Positions 1 to 11,000 of a stretch of 64,000 nucleotides of DNA are shown piece after piece. Below the pieces are notes generated by a model. It had not been told where the DNA came from. It saw only the letters and a program-made list of their open reading frames with translations, and did not search any database. The position numbers were made by a program, and so were the translations under genes. The first letter of the stretch is position 1; each line of letters starts with the position of its first letter. The stretch is from Stegostoma tigrinum (Eukaryota), in contig NC_081368.1 in the NCBI RefSeq assembly GCF_030684315.1, positions 45,895,734-45,959,733 of the forward strand. The letters run 5' to 3'.

Positions 1-383
1 ATAAATCTTCTAATAGTCAGCAGGCAGCCTGTTGCCAACTCCAGCGAGATCATCTAATTGCTGCATTTCCTATCATGGGATGCATATCTTTCTCTTTAGT
101 CCTGCAGGCCATCAGGGATTAACAGTTTATTTGCACAACAGCTCCACTGGGCTCAGTAGCCCCTGCTGGTATTGTATTGTCATCAGTGATTGATCATCCA
201 GAGACTGGGAGGGAGATGGCACTGGGGATGGAGGGCACTTTCTACGGGTAGGAGATAATTAGATACAAGTGACAGGGATGGCCTCCTGTGACAACACACT
301 TCCCAATGGCAGGTTTTGAAGTCCATCATAACGTGTCCTACTCAAAAAGCAGCAATAAAATTAAAAGCAGTTGAGATAGAAGA

Positions 384-472
384 TGAAGGGTCTAGGCCCG
401 AAACGTCAGCTTTTGTGCTCCTGAGATGCTGCTTGGCCTGCTGTGTTCATCCAGCCTCACATTTTATTATCC
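384..472 (+). mobile_element. Penelope-like element (PLE) terminal fragment
   Basis: Matches the 3' end of the PLE at 44388-46069; flanked by direct repeat TGAGATAGAAGA (372-383, 473-484). Confidence 0.8.
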
Positions 473-1067
473 TGAGATAGAAGACTGATGCCATTGTAGG
501 ACAAGGGCCCAAGGAGGTCTTGAACTCATGATTGCCTTCTGGGGTAGATGGATGTCCCCAAAGCTATCAATTCTGGACTTAAATCCGAAGTGGGGTAGAA
601 AGCAATTGGTATTTCCCAACACTGTCCTGCTTCAAAACTCACTCTGGACACATGTATAAATTCAGTTCTATGAGCACCAGAACCAGGATGGAGATCAGAG
701 TGTGGGTCTAGTAATGGGGTCAGGATGAGAGGATTGGGGTAAATGATAGGCTTGGGGAGGTGGTTTTGGGATTGCAAGGGTTGGTGGTTAAGATGGATAG
801 CCAGGAGGAACAAGGTTGTGGATGGTGGTGGGTGCATTGGTCACCTAATTAGGAAAGGGGACCCTGAGAGAGTCACCTCTTCATCTCTCAGCCAAGGCTC
901 AAGTAGGACAACCAGCCAGGCCTTCCCCCTTCTTGACTTTAATGAAGGAGATGTATTAGACAGTCTGGTTCCACTCACAATTGATAAACCATGAAAACTG
1001 GAGAAAATGCATTCAAGAACAGGGAGTTGACTGAGTGCTTCCCTGAGGGGACACCTTTCCCAATGCT

Positions 1068-1290
1068 CAGAGATAATGTGAACTGCGGATGCTGGAGAAT
1101 CCAAGATAACAAAGTGTGAAGCTGGATGAACATAGCAGGCCAAGCAGAATCCCAGGAGCACAAAAGCTGATGTTTTGGGCCTAGACCCTTCATCATCATC
1201 TCTGATGAAGGGTCTAGGTCTGAAACGTCAGCTTTTGCGCTCCTGAGATGCTGCTTGGCCTGCTGTGTTCATCCAGCTTCACACTTTGTT
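1068..1290. mobile_element. Head-to-head palindromic pair of PLE termini
   Basis: Two inverted PLE ends; 15-bp TSD ACCTTTCCCAATGCT (1053-1067, 1291-1305). Confidence 0.85.
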
Positions 1291-2267
1291 ACCTTTCCCA
1301 ATGCTGTCTCTCTGCTAGAGCTATTCATCTGTTGCCACTCCACTGTCCTTTCATTGTAGCTCCGTGAATTGTTGTGTTCAAATATTGATCAAATTCTGTT
1401 TTGAAAGCCACAGTTAAATGCCTCTCCTTCATACGCAAGCAAGGCCATTCCAGATTCTAACCACTAGCAGTGCAAAAGGCTTTTTGCCAATTTAATTAAA
1501 CACAACTTGCCCATAACCAATCTATATTGACTTTCCCTACTTAACTCACATTTCACAAGTAAAGTTGACTTGAATTATTGTTTCTAAAATTTTCTCCATC
1601 ACTGATTTTAAGCTGACTGGTCAGTATTACTTGCTGGGCTTCTTGTTACTCACTGCAATTCTTCAGTCTTTGTTTACAGGGAAATTGGAAAATTATGGCC
1701 ATTGTCTCTGTAATTTCCACCTTTACTACCCTTTATTGTTCTTGGATGCATGTTTACTGGTTCTTACGACATAACAATTGTAAGTGGAACCAAATTATCC
1801 AACACATCTTCACTGTTAATTTTAAACCCTTCACATGTCTGAAGTATCTCCGTTTTTCACCGTGACTAGCACATGTGGACTGCAGTGGTTCAATAAGGCA
1901 GCTCACCAATGCCAATCAAGGGCAACTAGGGCAATAAAATGCTGCCAGCCAGCAATATCCACATCCCGTGAGTGAATCAAAACTAAACCTTCTTTCTTGG
2001 TATAGGCAGATGCAAAGTACAGATACAATTTCTCAGAACTTGCTGTTTAGTAACCCAAGTTGTCTAAAAACCAGACATTTTTAGAATGTACCATGAAACA
2101 TCTTAATGAAATATTGACTCAGTTGAAATGAAACTACTTGGACAATTTGGCTGTACGTTGCGTGACATCAGATTTGTTATCTGTTTTCAGCTGTTCACTG
2201 ATCCATTCTCAAGTTTTGGGTGATCCTTGACTCCAACTGATCAGGATCGGCCTGAACCACTGACTTC

Positions 2268-3190
2268 CTGGATAAGGACGTAGAAGGATGGGCGAGTAAA
2301 TTTGCAGACGACACTAAGGTCGGTGGTGTTGTGAATAGTGACAAAGGATGTTGTAGGTTACAGACAGACATAGATAAGCTGCAGAGCTGGGCTGAGAGGT
2401 GGCAAATCGAGTTTAATGCAGACATGTGTGAGGTGATGCATTTTGGTAGGAGTAACCAGAATGCAAAGTACTGGGCTAATGGTAAGATTCTTGGTAGTGT
2501 AGATGAGCAGAGGGATCTCGGTGTCCATGTACACAGATTCTTGAAAGTTGCCACCCAGGTTGACAGGGTTGTTAAGAAGGCATACAGAGTTTTAGCTTTT
2601 ATTAGTAGAGGGATTGAGTTCGGGAATCAAGAGGTTATGGTGAAGCTGTACAAAACGCTGTTCGGCCGCACTTGGAGTATTGCGTACAGTTCTGGTCACT
2701 GCATTATAAGAAGGATGTGGGAGCTTTGGAAAGGGTGCAGAGGAGATTTACTAGGATGTTGCCTGGTATGGAGGGAAGGTCTTACGAGGAAAGGCTACGG
2801 GACTTGAGGCTGTTTTCGTTAGAGAGAAGAAGGTTGAGAGGTGACTTAATTGAAACATATAAAATAATCAGAGGGTTAGATAGGGTGAATAGGGAGAGCC
2901 TTTTTCCTAGGATGGTGACGCCGACCACGAGGGGGCATAGCTTTAAATTGAGGGGTGAAAGATATAGGACAGATGCCAGAGGTAGTTTCTTTACTCAGAG
3001 AGTAGTAAGGGAAGGGAACACGTTGCCTGCAATGGTAATAGAATCGCCAACTTTAAGTACATTTAAGTCGTCATTGAAGAAGCATATGGACGTACATGGA
3101 ATAGTGTAGGTTAGATGGGCTTGAGATCGGTATGACACGTCGGCACAACATCGAGGGCCGAAGGGCTGTAATGTTCTATGTTCTATGTTC
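2268..3190 (+). mobile_element. 5'-truncated CR1-type LINE (RT C-terminus and 3' UTR)
   Basis: KFADDTK and LEYCVQFWS motifs, one frameshift, (TGTTCTA)n tail. Confidence 0.9.
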
Positions 3191-4562
3191 CCGTGAATTA
3201 CTGCAGCTAAGTACACAGAAAAGAAATCCTAAACGCGTTGCTGTTATGGTAGAATTGCCTGGAATAATATTTATTAACACTATCATCACAAATAGACAAT
3301 GAAATAATGTAAAAATAATTTCCTTTATACAAGACTTATAATTCAAAACTATCAAATATTACTTCATCAAACCTCCATCATTATTTCCTTCATTTTCTCC
3401 CAGGATTCCTGGCATTTAGTATTCAAGTGGTTTTGGCAAAATTGCACATTTGATTAAGACCAAAGGCACATCCAAAACAAATAATAAGTGTCTGTTTCAC
3501 TAAATCACTTTGTTTCAAATATTTATCCAATTTCCTACTCATAATTGTTATTTAATCAGCTTCCACCAACCTTTCAGGAAAAGTTACAAAGAAAAGTAAC
3601 AAAACATTACAATACAACGTATTAGCACCAGCTGCTAATATACAAAAGTCTAGAAATTACTGTACAATTTTAACACAATACATTTATATGGAATTAAACT
3701 ATTTGCCCTTTTGAAATAAATTTTGACTGATTTCAAATGAGCATATTAGGCCCTGGGTTAAAGTACCAAAATAATGACAAAAATATGAAATAACTCCAAG
3801 TTATTTCTTGTTAATTTCTATTAGGAATCTTTGTTTGTGTTCAATATTTTCCAACAATATTTCTTTTCCATTATTTTTATGTATTAACAGATAAAATATT
3901 TGTTGAACACACTATAAACTGTATTCTAATTTAGATCTATTAAAGTAATAAAAATGACTAGCGATTCTGATCAAGGATCATCCCTGATTTGTTAGCCTTC
4001 TTTTCAAATTCACATCGTTGTGTTCTGTTTTTACTCCAAATTCACAGAATAGGCAGTTTTTCCTTTTATGTTCCGATATTTATATTTGTATTTACAAGTG
4101 GTATCTTTTTAATAAAAACAATGTTGCCAAAAAACATAATTTAGCTTTGCAATAACAGAAAGGACAGACTCACTATTAGATTACAATTAGTTGACAATGT
4201 GCAATTGCCGCTATTATTATGACTGGAAGGTTAATGTCATAGAGGTAGTTTGAGGCTCTACTGAGATATATAAGCTATTCTTTCAGCATATATGACACCA
4301 TCAATAATGTGGTATTCAACTTCTTATCCTCACATTGGAATGTAACATGATGACAGTTTGGGTAGCACCAAACTTCACATCTGAGCCATATAGGCATCAC
4401 CCTAACATTGACTAAAATCTATTTCGAAGTGAAGGTGCATGTCGACACTTACTTGTATAAAAAAATTAAGACTTTTTCTTTTTACATCAGAATGGTAGAA
4501 TTATTGAATTATTAATATTCATGGTTTGTTGGATTTTTATCTCCCAGCCAGCTTCATATCAG

Positions 4563-4660
4563 ATAACAGTGCGGAGCTGGAGGAGCACAGCAGGTTAGGC
4601 AGCATCAGAGGAGCAGGAAAGGTGATGTTTCAGGTTGGGACCCTTTGTCAGAAATCATAT
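4563..4660 (-). mobile_element. PLE terminal fragment downstream of the SatP-YrdC stop codon
   Basis: Similar to PLE terminus; 14-bp TSD CAGCTTCATATCAG (4549-4562, 4661-4674). Confidence 0.7.
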
Positions 4661-4953
4661 CAGCTTCATATCAGGCCTTTTCAACCCAAAGATATAAAAT
4701 GTTGCTTGGATAAAGTGAACTAATACCTATAAAAGTGCAAAAACTCACAATTTCCCATATTCCTTTTAATGAAAGGAAAATTGTCGATGTTATTGCATTA
4801 GGCCTACTGCCACATTTATCAAACATAATGGGAAATTACCCATGTGTAACATATTGTGACTGCTATTTCTTGCACTCTGTGACTTTATGCCAGTGCTCCA
4901 TGTATCTTTGTTATCTGTTGGTTCTGAGGCATTCTTTCAGTGAGGGTTTGCTA

Positions 4954-5039
4954 TTAGTCAAGCTTGTTCTTCACTTGTTCAAAAATCTGCATGACTCTTA
5001 CTGTTGGGACGCATCCTTCTCTTAGAATGGTGATTCCTT
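4954..5039 (-). CDS. Last coding exon (GITILREGCVPTVRVMQIFEQVKNKLD*)
   Basis: Acceptor tttctttag; ILREG motif; TAA stop at 4956-4954. Confidence 0.85.
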
Positions 5040-8000
5040 CTAAAGAAAGTAAATATATTTTGTTAGAAACAGATTAATCATTGCCAAACCCACAACAATT
5101 ACCACTGAAGTGACCTTTAAGAAGCATTAATTGCAGACTTATTGAAAACTCCACACTACAACTAAGAACACTTTTAGAAACTGGGTCATGTGTAAAGATT
5201 GCTGCTGGGTTTAAGCTAGTTATTCGTAAAATCAGTTCACAATTGCATTTCTGTGATGGGCCTCAGAATTGTCAAGTTAAGTTAAATCTGGCTGACTGGC
5301 AGAAGTACTGACCTGTTCCTAGTAACAATACAATATTAATTGTGTCATATGCTAGGAGAGAAAATTGCTTAGCGCTAGATGTGACAACTATATGTGCAGC
5401 TGATCCAACTGTAATCCCATTTCATATTTCAACTACCATTGTTAACATATCAAAACTAAAGTGTGATTTAAATGAATTATACATACATATATAAGACTTA
5501 GTGTGTAAACTATTGTGGATGTTTTTGGATACAAGCAGTTTAATCAGCAGGCAAAGCAATTTATAACTAAAAATCTGTGATACCTTCATCAATCTTAGTA
5601 CAGTTGATGACAGTGGAAGCAACCAGTTCATTGGAGTCTCCGTCACATAAAACGGCATTAATTTTGTGCCCCAGGCGTCTATTGATAAAATGATAACATG
5701 AAACATTGAAAAATGCATTTATTGTGAGGTAAAACAACAAATAATTCCATGCCAATATTTGAATACGTACGAGATAACCATGTCATGATGGATGCTATCA
5801 GGCTCCCCACTTGGGTTGGCTGACGTAATCGCAAGTGGCCCAGTCATATTCACGAGATGTGCTGTCACAGTATGGTCAGGAACACGGATCATGATGCTGT
5901 CCTTGGTTCCAACATGGTCATATGCAGCACCAATGCCTTTAAAAAAGGATACCATCTGATTTTTCAGAATCTATTCTCATTTCTATTATTATTGATGAAC
6001 TGATAATAAACCAATTATTTGAAAAAGGATGAACAGATACTTCAAAGTGCTCTACTAATTGTGATACATACCTAGTTTCTTCAGCCATTCTCCTTTCTTC
6101 ACAATGCAGCTCATCCCTCCAGGGTAGACATGGTTCATAAACTCCCAGAGCAAGGGGCTGAATGGAGGATGCACTGCAGAAAGCTGATCGAGATTGGAGA
6201 TGCAGATACAAATAGGCTTCTCAGCAGGACGCTCCTGGAAAGCCATGGACACCAATTATATGCATTACAAGATTGATAAAGTGCACTTTGAGGAAAGATT
6301 ATATTATGGACTAAAAATAAAATGCTTTAAGAATCATGTCTAAATATAGAGTGTTTATGCCTCATTGCATTTTGCACACTTACCTTTATGTTGTAGATTC
6401 CTTCAATAGCTTTTGGGTGTTTACAGGAAGCTGCCAGAGCATACACGGTATCTGTTGGGATGCCACACACATGGCCAGAATCTAGAATTTTTGCAATAGT
6501 CCGTAGGCCACTAGTTTTCTGTGAAGAAGCAATGGAACAAGGCAAAGGGACTTGATCTTCCTTTTTGTTTGCTCCTACCTGTGATTTATGTATAAAAATA
6601 TAAATCGTGTCAGAAACATAATCCATTTTAATTGATACATTATAATGCAAATGACCCTGTTGTTCTTCGATATTGTTTGTATTTAAATAAAAGAGTAGAA
6701 CCTCCTTACATTATCCTTTGTAAATAAAATAAGAATGCAAGTTGATGGACTGTTAGAAAGTTATGTCAATTTGAAAGACATCTGAAATTTTCAATATGTT
6801 CTTGAACAGTTTATTAACTGCCAAGAAAGTGAACTACATAGCTATGATTCTTGACAGTTTACTCCTTAACTTGTGGATCTTTTCTGTGGTATTGCTCATA
6901 GAAGCTTGGATGCTAGGTTATTTCTTCCTGATGGGTATTTTACTAAACAAAAATACACAAGCTGAGGACAACATTGTTTAAATGTCTTTCATCTAAGGTA
7001 ATAATATGACTACTGTAGCTAGGTCAATGTAAGATTAATTGCTACTTTATGACAGGTTTGTAAAGTTGTAGATGCTTGGAAATGTTCAACTTCATGTAAG
7101 GATAACAAATGCATTAAATGGTGATTATAAAATGATTTTCATAGATTGCTGTCTAATATCAGAAGTAAAGTGGATTCTATTAAAACCTATAAAGACACAT
7201 TCATATAATAACATTATATTTGCATTCTTTCTTCATTAGGCCTCATATTACAAAAACATTATTTATTTTTCAAAATAAGTTTGTAATATTGGTCTAGCAA
7301 GTTTTACCACAATAAAGGAAGAGAGCAACTAAATGCTTACAAAATGCCTGCATGTTTAAGGTAATAAAAAATGCCTTCTACCCTCTTGCACATTCAGTCC
7401 GTATATCTTATTATAAATTCCCACTTCTATATTTATAATAGAAATGAGCTGTAATCATGCCTTCTGTGTATGACGCCCAAGAAGTTCTCAGTTCCTCAGC
7501 TCATTTTGCACAGCAACTCTTAAGTTCTAATCAGCATATCTGTCTTGTTTTGATGTAAACAAGAATGCAAAATAAAAGTTTAAAAGAATAGAATATATGA
7601 CTTTAAAGCAGGGATCGGATTACCTGCACTGAACCACTTATCTCCAGCCCTATAATTTCATTTGAGTGGAAGACCAATGCAGTAGATTGACAAATAATTT
7701 ACATTCAAAGTAAAAAGCCATCATATAGCAGTTACCTTCAAAAGGGAGTCACCCAGAGGAATGAGTTGTTTTCCAAACATGTGGTTGGCAAAAGAAGCCG
7801 TTTGTCCATAAACACAGACAAAACTGATTAAAGCCAGCATCACACCTGAAGGAATAACAATGAGAAAATCATAAGTGTTCATACGGCTATAAAATAAACA
7901 CTTTTAAAATTAAGATAACTTGAACAAATGTTTAACCTTCCAAAGGAAGAGGCAGGCGTTCCAGTGTGAATAGTAGAAAGCAGATGATTATCACTTCCAT

Positions 8001-11000
8001 AATGACTGTGACTATGAGAAGCACCACATTTACATAAAGAGCTGGGAAAGAGATCAAAAAAAACAAACTTATTCCTCATGGGCATCAAGCATTGAAGTAC
8101 ACTAACTGAAAAGGATTATGATTTAAAACACTCACCCAAGATAACCAGAAACATGTTGACAATAAGGAAAGCTATGGCTCCTGCAGTGAATCCACCATCA
8201 GAACTGGGATCAATGTTTAATAAATGACCTGCATAAAACACATATCTTTGAAACTCCTGAGATAACAAAGTGTAAGAGCTGGATGAACACAGCAGACCAA
8301 GCAGCATCGGAGGAGTAGGAAGGCTGACGTTTCGTGCCTAGATCATTCTCCAGCATCTGCAGTTCCTACTCTCTTTGAAACATCGTACAGGCAGAAGTGA
8401 ATATAAACATGTGATAGTATGGGAAAGTTGAGCAAGAAATGATCCATAGAAATTCCTTGTCTACTGAGAATTAAGAGTTAACTTGCTCTGAGAGATTCTT
8501 TGAAATTTTAATACATATTTAACTACTTCCTTCATTTCAACAGTTATTATTCTAAACTAAAATGGCCCAATGGCATGTTTTTAATGAGAAGAAATGTAAG
8601 CAATATTTTTAAGCATTCATAAAACAGTTCCAGGATAATGAAGGATTGGTCTTTCAAGATGGTTGTGTCGCGTAATTATATGAATTGTATCACGATACAA
8701 AATTACTTCACTTCTTCTACATGAAATCTGAACATAAAGTCAGAGATCCAGGGATTGGCACACAGGGAACAATGACATAATGTGAATATTTTGTCCATAC
8801 CTTTCTTCATGTGCTTCCTTATATAACACAGCTAAAATAAAAGATAACAAGATGTAGAGCTGAATGAACACAGGAGGCCAAGCAACATCAGAAGAGCAGG
8901 AAAGCTGATGTTTTGGGTGTAGACCCTTCTTCAGAAATTCAGATTTCTGAAGAAGGGTCCAGATCCGAAATGCCAGCCTTCCTGCTTCTCTGATGCTGCT
9001 TGACCTGCTGTGTTCATCCCGCTCTACACCTTGTTATCTCAGGTTCTCCAGCATCTGCAGTTCCTGCTATCTCCAAAAAAAACCTGCTCATCTATCTGAA
9101 CAATATACAGCAATATATTTTATGGTTGTGCGGCATTGTATTACTTCTGTGGTATGAAATGCTAGAAATGTCATGCAGAAATAAATAATTGTAAATTATG
9201 GGAAACAACTAATTCCTCTGGGTGACTCCCTTTTTAAGGTAACTGCTATATGTTGGCTTTTTACTTCAAGTGTTGATTATTTTACAATCTACTGCATTGG
9301 TCTTCCATTCAAATGAAATTATAGGGCTAGAGATAAATGGTTCAGTGCAGGTAATCAGATCCCTGCTTTAAAGTCACATATTCTGTTCTTTTAAACTTTT
9401 ATTTACAATTACACATGTAAATGTAAGCATCAAGTGAGGGGGAAGGTGTCATTCTCGTTGTCATTCCCTTGAACAGAAATATTTCAGTAAAAATGATCAT
9501 TTCCTACTAGGCAGATTGACAATATAATGGATGACTCTCCATGTTACAAAAAATAAACTGAAATTGTAAATATAAAACTTGAAAAAGAATGCAACTTTTA
9601 GAAAAACAATAAAAATGTATTTATTTGTTCATATTTCAAAATATACCTGCAAATCGAAGCCAGGTCCAAGTTGCCCAGACAGCTGCATAGCAGAAGGGTA
9701 ACACAGAGCCAAAGCGTCTTCCTCCACGAACTTGAATCCTGGACACATAGAGTTGGATCAGAGTTCCAGGGATCAGAACCCAAGGAATACTAAGATGAGC
9801 CTGGGCTTGGTCCATGTTTGCACTCTGGATGGCAGACAGGGCTGCAAGCCCATTGCAAATATAGAAGAGGGCATCTGGCAGCTGCACATTAGTAAAAACT
9901 GGGAGCTCATTAGCTTTGCTGATCCTCTGTTTTAGGGCAAATAGAACTCTCTGGAATGATTTGGAAGACACCATTTCGGTTCCAATAGGAATTAGTGCCT
10001 TTTCTGCTATAGAGTTGATCAGGCTGGCAAATGTTGCATAAAGGGACAGGGCCGTATACATAGAGCAAACTGCCCCAAAAAATCTGTAATATGATACAGT
10101 GTTAATCTGAGGAATAGTGGAGATAGTTAAAAGAACAAAAAACCCATTATGGATTATTTCAAGTTTGTTTCTGTTCAGAGACATTAGACATAAAATCAAA
10201 GCTGTGACCAAAAAAAACCAGTCTCCTGTCATTCTAGCTCTGCTGCTATCTAAATTGTTGGCATTTATGAGGACGGTTAAAATAAATTCCTCCCAGGACT
10301 TCACAAGCCAATACATACTATGGACACAATATTTAGTCGCAAAGTAGACATCATTACGTAAATATCCATAGTAGCTTGCATAAAGCTGTGCAATGGAATT
10401 GATGCTGACCCATACAGCTCCTACATAAAATGATTTAATGTACCTGAAACAGTAGAAAGCAAAGATAAAGGGAGAAATCACACTACACAAATTTCCAAGA
10501 GCCATTGGCTCTGCATATTTTGTGTTCTTCTTTTTCTCGTCATCATTAGCCTTAGAAGATGATTTATTGGCTGTTCCTAGAAGCAGCACATTGAATAATG
10601 CATTGCCAAACCCTGGAAGAATGTACCTCTGGGTGACTCCCTTTAAAAGCAGGGCAATGGCTCCATACAGCCCGAAGACAACAATCACTAGTTCAAATAT
10701 TCCTGATAGTATGAAAGCCCATTGGCTAAAGAGACCCACAGCCTCAAAAATGAGCGTAAGTGTTATGGCCCCAAAGACAAAAGGCATGATGTAATTAGTC
10801 GTAGCTGAACAGAATGATAGAGTAAATGCAACACTGATGTAAGCTACTAGCCCTGCCACAGCTGATTCACTAATAGGAGGCAAAGACACACTTGAACTAT
10901 CATTTGCAACACTGGTGTTTTTTAGATCCAGAATGTTTGAGGTGACATTAAGAGGGGAGTTTGCTCCCAGAATAATCCGAGTTGCCCCAAAGCTGCTCCA

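Noticed and set aside
4954-6578. Calling this the canonical YRDC gene
   Set aside because: No own start or presequence is evident and it splices in frame to the membrane exons; no symbol assigned.
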